A DNA stretch of 64,000 nt from Bacillota bacterium (GTDB lineage: Bacteria > Bacillota > Clostridia > Acetivibrionales > DTU013): positions 2,058 to 66,057 of the forward strand of contig JAEZCA010000041.1 of NCBI GenBank assembly GCA_023412665.1, read 5' to 3'. Of this stretch, positions 10,057 to 19,858 are shown one piece after another. Numbering within the stretch: the first letter of the stretch is position 1; each line of letters starts with the position of its first letter. The position numbers and the translations under genes were made by a program. Below the pieces are notes generated by a model. The model ran no database searches and had not been told where the DNA came from. It was given only the letters and a program-made list of their open reading frames with translations.

Positions 10057-10800
10057 TTATGGCAGCAGTAACTCCCTCAGCATTTTTTCCTTGTTGTTGA
10101 TGAACGCCTTCATGATCTGATAATGCTCTGTCTCCTCGTAGCTGACCCGCTTGATGCCATCTCCTATTTCGTAGATATATGAATCGGGGTAAGCCATAAG
10201 GATAGGAGAGTGAGTGGCAATGATGAACTGGGATTCAGTATCTATCAGATCGTGCATCCTGGTGAGCAGGGACATCTGTCTGGTGGGGGACAGAGCCGCC
10301 TCAGGCTCATCGAGAATATACAGGCCATTGCCCCTCAGCCTGTTCTGGAAGAGTGCAAAGAAGGATTCGCCGTGGGACTGCGCATGGAGCGATTTTCCGC
10401 CGTAGGCCGCTTTGATGGGGGACCCGTAGCTTGGCTCACTGTCTATCTCGTCAATATAGGATGCTACATTGTAATAGCTCTCCGCCCGCAGAAAGAAACC
10501 GTCCCGCGGCCTTTTAATGCCTTTGACCAGCCTTATGTAGTTGTAGAGGTCTGAATGGGAGTCAGCAGTGGAGAACAAGAAGTTTTTGGACCCACCCTCG
10601 GGATTAAAGCCGAACGCAGCAGCAATTGATTCCAGTATCGTTGACTTACCTGTGCCGTTTTCTCCAATAATGTAGGTCACCTTTGGATGCAGCTCCAGAC
10701 AGTCAAAATTCTTTATTGCAGGCAGGCAGAACGGATATTTATCAAATGATCCGATCAGCTCTCTCTTCAAATCAATACTCTTTATAAACTGATTAGTCAT
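10057..10800 (-). CDS. Stand-alone ABC/SMC-like AAA ATPase (predicted ATPase family)
   Basis: Walker A 'GENGTGKST', Walker B/D-loop 'LYILDEPEAALSP' and H-loop 'IIATHSP'. No adjacent permease or partner gene. Confidence 0.7.
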   Translation of the reverse strand: MTNQFIKSIDLKRELIGSFDKYPFCLPAIKNFDCLELHPKVTYIIGENGTGKSTILESIAAAFGFNPEGGSKNFLFSTADSHSDLYNYIRLVKGIKRPRDGFFLRAESYYNVASYIDEIDSEPSYGSPIKAAYGGKSLHAQSHGESFFALFQNRLRGNGLYILDEPEAALSPTRQMSLLTRMHDLIDTESQFIIATHSPILMAYPDSYIYEIGDGIKRVSYEETEHYQIMKAFINNKEKMLRELLLP

Positions 10801-10995
10801 GATAATATTTTAGCACAACGCTACTGTTTATACATCTTGAAAAATCGCATGTGACATATTACCATGGAAAGGCTTTGCTGCAGAAAGGCCGGACATGGTT
10901 CATGAGCAGGTATTACGAGGCATTGATTGTTAATTGGACAAGACTATTATATAATCTTTATATAGAAAAATATACTCATAGAGGTAATAATTCTA

Positions 10996-12923
10996 TGCAT
11001 AATCCGGACGGATATACCAGTAGCAAAACTGATACAAAAAATGAGACTGAGCAGGTGTGCCAGTTGAGTGAGGCTAGCTATAAAGCGCTGCTGAAAACAA
11101 TTCCTCATATTGTATTGGATATATATAACAATAGAGTTTATTGGTCCGATGAAATGTTCCGGATACTTGGTTACCGTCCGCAGGAGTTTGTACCTCAGGA
11201 GGATTCGCTAATAAGGCATATAAAGGCTGACGACCTGGCATGTATAAAGCTCAAATGTGACAGCAGAAGCCCTATTGATCCATTCTTCAGCTATGAGTGC
11301 AGATTTGCCAGCTCTGACGGAAATGAAGGATGGTTTAGAATAAATGTCGAGGTCGAATTTATCAGCGATTCTCTAAAAAAATCCAAGATTTATGCAATTG
11401 TGCAGGATATCACTGAAATCAAACAGGTTGAGCATCTAAAAGGAGAAAAGGAAGCAGCAGAAGCTTCAAACAAGGCAAAAAGCGAATTTCTCGCAAATAT
11501 GAGCCATGAGATCAGGACACCGCTTAATGGTATAATCGGAATGGCACAGCTTACTCTGCTTACCAGCCTAAACGATGAACAAAGAGCGAATGTAAGTACT
11601 ATTTTGAGTTGTTCAAGGACTTTGTTAAAGCTGATTAATGACATATTGGATCTTTCCAGAATAGAAGCAGGTAAATTGGTTTTTGACAAGAAAAGCTTTA
11701 ATGTAAGAGAGGTAATAAGGGATTCGGTAGATATGCATCTGCCTGCGGCAAGCAAAAAAGGACTGGAGATATGCTGCAGGATAAGTGAGCATATTCCTTA
11801 TCATCTGCTTGGTGATGCGGACAGGTTGAAACAGATTTTATGTAACCTTATCAACAACGCTGTAAAATTCACCGATAGCGGAAGTGTTGAGATTAGAGCG
11901 GATAGGCTTCCGGATAAGGATTACAAGATCATTTTGAGATTTGAAGTACAGGATACGGGCATAGGAATAGCGGAGAATGAGATGGAACACCTGTTTAAGC
12001 TCTTTAGTCAAATCAATGCATCAGCATCCAGGAGATTTGGAGGGACAGGACTTGGACTTGCTATCAGCAAGCAGCTTGTAGACAGGATGGGCGGAGTAAT
12101 ATGGGCAGAGAGTACAAAGGGCAGGGGAAGCACATTTGTTTTCACATGTGAATTCGATGACGCAGCTGATTTCTCTGAAGATGTGGCAGTTAAAGCCTTG
12201 GAAATGACAGAGCTGGGACTGAGGATCCTCGCAGTGGAGGATGACGAGATGAACCGGAATGTCTTAAGGAGTATGCTTGAGAAGATGGGGAATCATGCGG
12301 AGGTCGTAGACAGCGGCAAAGCGGCAATTGAAATGCTTCAGGAGAACAGCTTCGACCTAATACTGATGGACATAATGCTGCCTGAACTTGACGGTATGCA
12401 AACTACTGCCAGAATAAGAGAGATTGAAACAGGCGCGGAAAGGATTCCGATCATTGCCGTGACAGCCCTTGCTCTAAAGGAGGACAGAGAGAGGTTTATT
12501 TCTGCGGGAATGGATGACTATATTTCCAAGCCATATGATATTGAAGAGATGTACAGGACCATCTCCAAATATAGTATGAGGACTTTACCGGACAGTGAGG
12601 CTGCAGCTGACAGCCTGATGAAATACAAGCTGCTGAAGGAGCATTACTACAGAAATGAAATAGAAGCGATTTGTGATGATCCGGAAAGCGCCGTTATAGA
12701 AATATTCAAGCTTAGAGATGAGCTGAGTTTGGCAATAGAACGGCATGATTATATAAAAATAGAAGCGATCGTATTAAAAATAAAGAAGTATGCGTTGAAG
12801 CTAAAAGCTGAGCATATCAGCAATATGTCTATTAAAATCGTATTTGCTGCAAGGAGAGAGAACATGGCTGATATAATGAAATGGTTTAATTCATTGTCTT
12901 TGGGTATAAAATCAATGAGGTGA
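10996..12923 (+). CDS. Hybrid sensor histidine kinase (PAS - HisKA - HATPase_c - REC - C-terminal Hpt-like helical region)
   Basis: H-box 'MSHEIRTPLNGIIG', N/G boxes 'NLINNAVKFT', 'DTGIGI' and 'GGTGLGLAISK', and REC 'ILAVEDDEMN...LILMDIMLP...AVTALA...SKP'. The ORF opens at 10851. ATG 10996 is preferred for its AGAGGT upstream, but the start is uncertain. Confidence 0.85.
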
Positions 12924-12930
12924 TTATTAG

Positions 12931-13329
12931 ATGGAAAGTTTAAAAATACTTATCATTGATGATGATAAAGCGAGCAGTAATTTCCTGCTCAAAGTCTTTT
13001 CGGATTATGGGGACTGCGATATAGCAATTGATGGTATTGAGGCAGTGGATGCATTCATTTTGGCTCTTGAAGAGGGTGTCCCCTATGAACTGATCAGCCT
13101 GGATCTTATGTTGCCGCTGCTGGAAGGGGAAAACGTGCTTGCTGCCATACGGAAGATTGAAAATGATAAGCGGGTTGACAGCTTAAAGAGAGTAAAGGTC
13201 ATCGTTACGTCAGCTCTAAATGATACAGGTCTTACCAGGGATCTTGAGAAATTTGGTATCAGCGGGTACTTTATGAAGCCCCTGGATGTTGATCAAATCA
13301 AAAAATTTATTTCCAGCATTCAACTCTGA
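12931..13329 (+). CDS. Single-domain response regulator (REC only)
   Basis: 132 aa with 'ILIIDDD', phospho-acceptor 'LISLDLMLP', 'VTSAL' and 'FMKP'. Paralog of the 23311-23709 gene. Confidence 0.85.
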   Translation: MESLKILIIDDDKASSNFLLKVFSDYGDCDIAIDGIEAVDAFILALEEGVPYELISLDLMLPLLEGENVLAAIRKIENDKRVDSLKRVKVIVTSALNDTGLTRDLEKFGISGYFMKPLDVDQIKKFISSIQL

Positions 13330-13415
13330 AAAAAGCTATCATTACCATGAAAACACAGTGGCTTTTCTGTGTAATAATTTGCAAATTGCATTATACAAAA
13401 ACAAAATGGATTCTA

Positions 13416-13444
13416 TTGACAAATGAAAATATTGGCATTATACT
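13416..13444 (+). promoter_or_regulatory. Sigma-A-type promoter candidate upstream of the TetR gene and che operon
   Basis: TTGACA (13416-13421), a 17-nt spacer, then TATACT (13439-13444). Confidence 0.45.
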
Positions 13445-13452
13445 TGTTTCAA

Positions 13453-13474
13453 GGTAAGTTAACGATTACTTACC
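13453..13474. promoter_or_regulatory. Palindromic candidate operator
   Basis: GGTAAGT-N8-ACTTACC is a perfect 7-bp inverted repeat. It lies between the -10 box and the RBS of the TetR gene. Confidence 0.3.
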
Positions 13475-13490
13475 AAAGGAGAGAAGTAGT

Positions 13491-14084
13491 ATTAAACCCT
13501 TTTTATCAAGAAAGCAAAGTATTATCATCAGCGCACTGGAAATAATCGATGAGGTCGGCATAGACGGATTATCACTCCGGGAGCTTGCAAAGCGGCAGGG
13601 CATCACGGAGGGTGCGCTGTACAAGCACTTCGACTGTAAAGAAGAAATACTAATTGCGGTTATTGATTATTATGCCCGGTATGATAATAAAATTATGAAC
13701 ACCATTCAAAATGGCGAAATGACGCCAAAAGAGAGTATAGAATTTTTCATCAGCTCAATAGCAGAAACTTGCGAAAGCCATCCTGCCTCAACATGTATAG
13801 TGAATTCTTACGAAGTGTTGACAGAAGACAGCGCGCCGGTCAGAAGAGTCAAGGAAATATTCAATTCGAGATCCGATTACTTAACAGACCTTGTTGAAAA
13901 GGGGCAGAGGGATGGGAGTATCATTGGCGAGTTCTGCAGTGAATACCTTTCAGATATGATTATAGGATTAGTAAGAACAACAATAATAAAGTGGAGGATG
14001 AGCGGCTTCAGCTTTTCATTAAAAGCCAGGACCGTTTCTGCCCTGGAGCTTCTTCTTTCGCGGTTCTTAACAAATAAGCATTAA
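13491..14084 (+). CDS. TetR/AcrR-family transcriptional regulator (probable non-ATG start)
   Basis: The frame is open from 13458, after an in-frame TAA at 13455-13457. It encodes the TetR HTH '...RKQSIIISALEIIDEVGIDGLSLRELAKRQGITEGALYKHFDCKEEIL' upstream of the first ATG (13695). There is no ATG/GTG/TTG in that stretch. ATT 13491 lies 7-9 nt after AAAGGAGAG. Confidence 0.7.
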   Translation: MKPFLSRKQSIIISALEIIDEVGIDGLSLRELAKRQGITEGALYKHFDCKEEILIAVIDYYARYDNKIMNTIQNGEMTPKESIEFFISSIAETCESHPASTCIVNSYEVLTEDSAPVRRVKEIFNSRSDYLTDLVEKGQRDGSIIGEFCSEYLSDMIIGLVRTTIIKWRMSGFSFSLKARTVSALELLLSRFLTNKH

Positions 14085-14097
14085 GGTGAGTGATTAA

Positions 14098-14460
14098 ATG
14101 CCAAGTGTATTAATAGTAGATGATGCTGCCTTCATGAGGTTCAGTATAAGATCGATTCTTGAGAAAAGCGGTTTTACAATTGCCGGTGAAGCTGAAAATG
14201 GCACCGAGTGCATTAAAAAATATAAGGAGCTAAGACCGGATATAGTTACAATGGATATCACCATGCCTGTTATGTCCGGAATCCAAGCGCTAAAGGAAAT
14301 AGTAAGCTTTGATCCCAAGGCCAAGGTAGTAATGGTGTCGGCTATGGGACAGGAAGTACTTGTGAAGGAAGCGGTTCTGGCAGGCGCCAAATCGTTTGTT
14401 GTAAAGCCCTTTAAGGATGAGCATATTGTTCGGACACTTAAAACTCTATTATCCATGTAA
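14098..14460 (+). CDS. cheY: Chemotaxis response regulator CheY
   Basis: 120 aa with 'VLIVDDAAFMR', 'IVTMDITMP', 'VMVSAMG' and 'FVVKPF'. First gene of the che gene order. Confidence 0.9.
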   Translation: MPSVLIVDDAAFMRFSIRSILEKSGFTIAGEAENGTECIKKYKELRPDIVTMDITMPVMSGIQALKEIVSFDPKAKVVMVSAMGQEVLVKEAVLAGAKSFVVKPFKDEHIVRTLKTLLSM

Positions 14461-14492
14461 GCACCACAAGTAATTTGCAAAGGGGATTCGAC

Positions 14493-16556
14493 ATGACAGA
14501 CCGGTGTTCGAACGAGCCATTGCTGGACATGTTTGTATTTGAGACAAGTCAATTAATTGAGCAGCTTGAAGAGTTAACACTGTCAACTGAAAAATCAAGC
14601 TGCTTTACTCAATCCGCCATTGACGAGATTTTCAGAATTATGCATACGATAAAGGGCTCATCAGCGATGATGATGTTTGAAAATATATCGACACTGGCAC
14701 ATTCCATTGAAGACGTATTCTATTTCATTAGGCAAGAAAAGCCTGAGAATATCGATTGTTCTGCTATATTTGATCTAATCCTGGAAGGTATAGATTTTAT
14801 AAAGACAGAGATCGGTAAAATAATGGGAGGTTCTGAAGCCGACGGTGATGCTGCTGAGCTGATTGCAAGTCTGAAGGCCTTCCTGGTTGTCATGAAACAG
14901 AATAATGGAACCGGGAATGAGGAAAAAAGGGAAGAAAAGGTAAAGCAGCAGTATTATATAAGTCCCGAAAAGAATTTTAGTATCAGCCCGAAAAATATCT
15001 TTAAGGCAACCATCTACTTTGAGAATGGATGTGAGATGGAGAATATACGGGCCTACTCAATTGTACATAACATTAAAAGGCTTTCAGATGAAATTTACTA
15101 TATTCCGAATAACATTGTTGAAAATGACGGAAGTGCGGAGCTGATAAGAAAAGACGGATTTACAATATACATCAAATCAGAATGCACATATGAAGAAATA
15201 AATGAATTCCTGGCAGGGACAGTTTTCTTGAAAAAGCTTGAGCTTGCACAGCTTCAGAACGATGATGAGCTGATACGATTATCAGAGGCCGGGTGCTTCT
15301 GTTCCGACAGAGCATCAAATCAATCTTCAGGCAAGGCGGTCAGCGAAGAACGGGATTCAGTCTGCAGGGATGCGCATAATGCAGTATCCCAGAACAGTAT
15401 TATAAGTGTAAGCGTTTCAAAGCTGGACAAGCTCATGGATCTGGTGGGGGAGATGGTCATTGCAGAGGCAATGGTCATTCAAAATCCCGATTTAAAAGGA
15501 CTGGAGCTTGACAGCTTTCAGAAATCTGCCCGTCACCTCAGTAAAATTACCGATGAGATTCAGGATATGGTCATGTCTATACGGATGGTCCCTCTTTCTA
15601 CAACATTCCACAAAATGCACAGGATTGTGCGTGATATGTGCAAGAAGCTGGAGAAGGAAGTTGAGCTAGAAATAATAGGAGAGGAAACCGAGGTTGACAA
15701 GAACATAATTGAACATATATCAGACCCGCTGATGCACCTTGTCAGAAATTCTCTCGATCATGGCATTGAAACCTACGAGGAAAGGATTTCAAGCGGAAAG
15801 CCCCGTGCGGGAAGAATAACGCTGGAGGCCAAAAATGCGGGCAGTGATGTACAGATCATTATCAATGATGATGGAAGAGGGTTAAATAAAGAAAAAATCC
15901 TACAAAAGGCTAGAGATAACGATCTGCTGCATAAGCCTCCTGAGGATATGACAGATAGGGAAATATACAGCCTCATATTCCTTCCGGGCTTTTCCACAAA
16001 GGAAAACGTTACTGAGTTTTCGGGACGTGGCGTAGGTATGGATGTAGTTACCAGGAATATTGAGGCCATAGGTGGTGTTGTCTCCGTAGACAGTATTGCT
16101 GATAAGGGAACAACAATTATCCTGCGAATACCTCTTACACTGGCTATTATCGACGGAATGAATATAAAGGTAGGCAACTCAAGGTATACTATTCCGACAA
16201 TTTCCATAAAAGAATCCTTCAGACCAAAAGAGAGCGATATTATTACAGACCCACAGGGCAATGAAATGATCATGGTGAGGGGCCAGTGCTATCCAATACT
16301 GCGGCTTCATGAAATATACAGGGTAAAAACCTGCTGTACAAAAATCCATGAAGGAATAATAATCATGGTCGAGCAGGATGGTGAAAGCCTCTGTATCTTC
16401 GCAGATGAGCTTCTCGGGCAGCAGCAGGTGGTAGTCAAGTCGCTGCCTGAGTACATAAAACGCTTTAAAGCTATAAAAGGACTTGCAAGCTGCACACTTC
16501 TTGGAGATGGAAGTATCAGTCTGATACTTGATATAGCAGGTTTAATTGGTCTATGA
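14493..16556 (+). CDS. cheA: Chemotaxis histidine kinase CheA
   Basis: P1 Hpt 'FRIMHTIKGSSAMM', 'HLVRNSLDHGIE', 'DDGRGLN', 'GRGVGMDVV', and a C-terminal CheW-like domain. ATG 14493 follows AAAGGGGA. Confidence 0.9.
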   Translation: MTDRCSNEPLLDMFVFETSQLIEQLEELTLSTEKSSCFTQSAIDEIFRIMHTIKGSSAMMMFENISTLAHSIEDVFYFIRQEKPENIDCSAIFDLILEGIDFIKTEIGKIMGGSEADGDAAELIASLKAFLVVMKQNNGTGNEEKREEKVKQQYYISPEKNFSISPKNIFKATIYFENGCEMENIRAYSIVHNIKRLSDEIYYIPNNIVENDGSAELIRKDGFTIYIKSECTYEEINEFLAGTVFLKKLELAQLQNDDELIRLSEAGCFCSDRASNQSSGKAVSEERDSVCRDAHNAVSQNSIISVSVSKLDKLMDLVGEMVIAEAMVIQNPDLKGLELDSFQKSARHLSKITDEIQDMVMSIRMVPLSTTFHKMHRIVRDMCKKLEKEVELEIIGEETEVDKNIIEHISDPLMHLVRNSLDHGIETYEERISSGKPRAGRITLEAKNAGSDVQIIINDDGRGLNKEKILQKARDNDLLHKPPEDMTDREIYSLIFLPGFSTKENVTEFSGRGVGMDVVTRNIEAIGGVVSVDSIADKGTTIILRIPLTLAIIDGMNIKVGNSRYTIPTISIKESFRPKESDIITDPQGNEMIMVRGQCYPILRLHEIYRVKTCCTKIHEGIIIMVEQDGESLCIFADELLGQQQVVVKSLPEYIKRFKAIKGLASCTLLGDGSISLILDIAGLIGL

Positions 16557-16587
16557 AATTTACTGTAAAGAGAAAGGAGATGAAGAC

Positions 16588-17082
16588 ATGGCAGAAAAAA
16601 CAGAAAATGTAGCTGTAATTGAGGAAGATACGCAAAATGGAAGATTTTTAACCTTTTCACTTGGAAACGAAAGCTACGGTATAGAGATTAAATATGTGAC
16701 AGAGATAATTGGTATCCAGGCTATAACCGAAATACCAGAGCTCCCCAAGTATGTCAAGGGTATTATTAATCTGCGGGGAAAGATCATTCCGGTAATGGAT
16801 GTCAGGCTGCGATTTAAAAAAGAACGAAGAGAATACAATGACAGGACATGTATCATTGTAATAGACATTAGTGATCTATCCATAGGTTTGATAGTCGATG
16901 CTGTCTCGGAGGTTCTCACCATACCCGAGGATGGGATTGTAGACCCGCCGAAGATGAACAAGGGAGCGGGCAATAGATATATCAAAAGCATCGGAAAGGT
17001 TGGAAATGATGTTAAGCTGCTGCTTGACTGCGAAAAGCTGCTGACGGAAGAAGAGCTTGAGGACATAAGCGATGCGATATAA
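16588..17082 (+). CDS. cheW: Chemotaxis coupling protein CheW
   Basis: CheW-like fold with 'FLTFSLGNESYGIEIKYVTEI...INLRGKIIPVMDVR'. ATG 16588 follows AAAGGAGA. Confidence 0.9.
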   Translation: MAEKTENVAVIEEDTQNGRFLTFSLGNESYGIEIKYVTEIIGIQAITEIPELPKYVKGIINLRGKIIPVMDVRLRFKKERREYNDRTCIIVIDISDLSIGLIVDAVSEVLTIPEDGIVDPPKMNKGAGNRYIKSIGKVGNDVKLLLDCEKLLTEEELEDISDAI

Positions 17083-17106
17083 AGATTTATAAGGGGGAGA
17101 ATCAGA

Positions 17107-18939
17107 ATGCGATGGTTTTTTAATTTAAAGATAGCGGCAAAACTTATATCCGGTTTTATCCTGGTTGCCGTAATCGCAGGAATAGTAGGGGTTGTCGGTA
17201 TTATCAACCTTAATGAAATCAGCAGTGCAGATAAGCTTTTGTATGAGGAAAACACGCTGGGGCTGAACCATGCAGGTTATGCTGCCATATATTACCAAAG
17301 AATAAGGTTTAACGCAGTAAAAATGATAGCAGTGGAGGATGCGTTAGTGCAGGATGAATGTATTAGCGGGATAGAAGAATGCATCCTTTTGAGCGAAGAA
17401 AATCTGACGCTGTACAAAGAAGGCACTAACGAAGAAGGACTCATTCTTTTCAATGAATTGATGCCCCAATGGGAGAAATACAAGTCGCTGATAAATGAAA
17501 CAGTTGATTTTATGAGGTCAGGTCAGAAGGAAGAAGCGCAAGCTCTTATTTTTGGTGAAATTGCCGCTGTGGGAAACGGATTGGAGAGTGCTTATGATGA
17601 ATTGTTCAAATATAATGCCGATGGAGGCGATGTCAGGTCAGCGCAAAATACCAAAATGGCACAAAAGGCCATTGTTGTAATGCTCGCTGTAGTTGCTGCT
17701 GGTATTCTGATAGCTATAGTTCTTGGAATCTTCATATCAGGAGCAATAAGCAAGCCGGTGAACAAGATGGTTCTGGCTGCAGACAAGCTTGCTCTGGGAG
17801 ACATCAATGTAAATGTGGATGCGGATACAAAGGATGAAATAGGAGAACTTGCCCAAGCCTTCGGAAGGATGATTGAAAATATCCGGGGACAGGCCCGGGC
17901 GGCGGAAAGGATAGCTGCAGGCGACCTGACTTTAGATGTGGCCGTAAGGTCTGAAAACGATATTCTGGGCAAGAAGCTTTCTGAAATGGTAGAAAAAAAT
18001 AATGAAGTATTGAGAAATATTGCCTCAGCAGCCGAGCAGGTGGCGGCAGGATCAAAGCAGGTATCGGATTCAAGCATGGCACTTTCTCAGGGATCGACGG
18101 AACAGGCGAGCTCGATAGAACAGCTTACGGCATCGCTAGAGGAAATCTCCTCACAAACCAGGCTTAATGCGCAGAATGCAAACCAGGCCAATGAGCTTGC
18201 TGTGCACGCCAAGGAAAACGCTATTCTTGGTAACTCTCAGATGAAGGAAATGCTTAATGCAATGGAAGATATCAATGAGTCATCTGCAAATATTTCCAAG
18301 ATAATAAAGGTTATTGATGACATAGCCTTCCAGACTAACATCCTTGCACTTAACGCCGCAGTCGAAGCTGCAAGGGCGGGACAGCACGGCAAGGGCTTTG
18401 CTGTGGTAGCCGAGGAAGTAAGGAACCTGGCTGCACGTTCTGCCAATGCGGCAAAAGAGACCACAGATATGATAGAAGGTTCAATAAAGAAGACAGAGGG
18501 CGGTACAAAGATTGCGAGGGATACTGCCGGTGCCCTCGATAAAATAGTGGATGGAATTGAAAAGGTAGCTAATCTGGTCAGTGACATTGATATAGCTTCC
18601 AACGAGCAGGCATCAGGCATCGGACAGATAAACCAGGGGATAATGCAGGTATCCCAAGTTGTACAGGCCAACTCAGCGACCTCTGAGGAAAGCGCAGCAG
18701 CCAGCGAGGAGCTTTCAAGCCAGGCTGTACTCCTGAGAGAAATGGTAGGCAAATTCAAGCTGAAGGAAAAAGCCAGAGCAAACGGTAACCTGGACGAGAT
18801 AAGCCCGGAGGTCTTGAGAATGCTTGAGAGCATGTCAAGCAAAAGAAAAGCAGAGGGATATGAAGAGCTACCATCAGGCGAAGGCCTGATGGCAAAAAGC
18901 AAAATCGCACTAAGCGATATTGAATTCGGCAAGTATTAA
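17107..18939 (+). CDS. Methyl-accepting chemotaxis protein (two TM helices, periplasmic helical sensor, HAMP, MA domain)
   Basis: Highly conserved signalling hairpin 'IAFQTNILALNAAVEAARAGQHGKGFAVVAEEVRNLA', plus a HAMP region 'DEIGELAQAFGRM'. Confidence 0.9.
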   Translation: MRWFFNLKIAAKLISGFILVAVIAGIVGVVGIINLNEISSADKLLYEENTLGLNHAGYAAIYYQRIRFNAVKMIAVEDALVQDECISGIEECILLSEENLTLYKEGTNEEGLILFNELMPQWEKYKSLINETVDFMRSGQKEEAQALIFGEIAAVGNGLESAYDELFKYNADGGDVRSAQNTKMAQKAIVVMLAVVAAGILIAIVLGIFISGAISKPVNKMVLAADKLALGDINVNVDADTKDEIGELAQAFGRMIENIRGQARAAERIAAGDLTLDVAVRSENDILGKKLSEMVEKNNEVLRNIASAAEQVAAGSKQVSDSSMALSQGSTEQASSIEQLTASLEEISSQTRLNAQNANQANELAVHAKENAILGNSQMKEMLNAMEDINESSANISKIIKVIDDIAFQTNILALNAAVEAARAGQHGKGFAVVAEEVRNLAARSANAAKETTDMIEGSIKKTEGGTKIARDTAGALDKIVDGIEKVANLVSDIDIASNEQASGIGQINQGIMQVSQVVQANSATSEESAAASEELSSQAVLLREMVGKFKLKEKARANGNLDEISPEVLRMLESMSSKRKAEGYEELPSGEGLMAKSKIALSDIEFGKY

Positions 18940-18946
18940 TAATCAA

Positions 18947-18972
18947 GCCGGAGCGGTATTTGCCGCTCCGGC
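18947..18972 (+). other. Perfect GC-rich hairpin between mcp and cheR (no T-tract)
   Basis: GCCGGAGCGG-TATTTG-CCGCTCCGGC gives a 10-bp perfect stem, 8 nt after the mcp stop. It is followed by CGGCATAT rather than a U-run. Confidence 0.4.
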
Positions 18973-19031
18973 CGGCATATAGCCATGAGATATATTAGGT
19001 GGAAATGCTGATACTGCGGCGGGTGGAGTAA

Positions 19032-19847
19032 ATGTATACAATTACTGATAGTGAATTTAAGAAGCTGGCTGATTTTATAGAAGCTAATTATGGTATATAT
19101 ATGAAAGATGAGAAGCGTACCCTTTTATCCAGCAGATTGAGCAGTGTTTTACAGCAGTATAACTTTAACAGCTTCAGCGATTATTATAGTTACGTCATTT
19201 CAGATAAATCAGGAAACGCGGCAGCTACACTAATTAACAAAATAACCACCAACCACACCTATTTTATGAGGGAAGCAGACCATTTCCGTTTTTTTAGTGA
19301 GAAGGCTCTACCTTATTTTGCAAGTGTAGTAAGGGAAAAGGATCTGAGGATCTGGAGCGCAGGATGCTCTACAGGTGAAGAACCGTATACGCTGGCAATG
19401 ATACTGGATGAGTTCTTTGGAAAGGAAAAGGTTCTGTGGGACTCCAAGATCCTGGCAACAGACATATCAAGCAAAGTCCTGGATGAAGCCCGCAAGGGTG
19501 TTTACAGTAATGAAGATCTAAAGGACGTCCCTTTGCATTGGAGAAACAATTACTACAAAAAGATTGACAATGATAATTCAATTGTTACGGAAAAGATAAA
19601 GAGCGAGGTAATTTTCAGAAAGTTCAATCTAATGGAAGAGGTATTCCCATTTAAGCGCAAGTTCCATGTGATATATTGCAGAAATGTAATGATATATTTC
19701 AACACCGGGACAAAGCGGGAATTGATTAATAAATTTTACGATTGCATGGAGTATGGAGGATACTTGTTTATAGGTCACTCTGAATCTCTCGCCCGTGAAG
19801 ATACGAAGTTCAAATATATTCTTCCGGCAATATACAGAAAAGAGTAA
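19032..19847 (+). CDS. cheR: Chemotaxis protein methyltransferase CheR
   Basis: 271 aa with 'TTNHTYFMRE' and the SAM-binding 'RIWSAGCSTGEEPYTLAM'. Confidence 0.9.
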   Translation: MYTITDSEFKKLADFIEANYGIYMKDEKRTLLSSRLSSVLQQYNFNSFSDYYSYVISDKSGNAAATLINKITTNHTYFMREADHFRFFSEKALPYFASVVREKDLRIWSAGCSTGEEPYTLAMILDEFFGKEKVLWDSKILATDISSKVLDEARKGVYSNEDLKDVPLHWRNNYYKKIDNDNSIVTEKIKSEVIFRKFNLMEEVFPFKRKFHVIYCRNVMIYFNTGTKRELINKFYDCMEYGGYLFIGHSESLAREDTKFKYILPAIYRKE

Positions 19848-19858
19848 GGGGTAATACT

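Noticed and set aside
10057-10800. Stand-alone AAA/ABC-like ATPase as a possible defence gene
   Set aside because: No nuclease, methylase or other partner gene is adjacent, and its neighbours are housekeeping or signalling genes. There is insufficient evidence for a defence role.
10851-10995. N-terminal 48 codons of the track ORF for the first hybrid kinase (GTG start)
   Set aside because: The sequence 'MTYYHGKALLQKGRTWF...' has no domain or TM character and no RBS. ATG 10996 with an upstream AGAGGT is more plausible, but the start remains uncertain.
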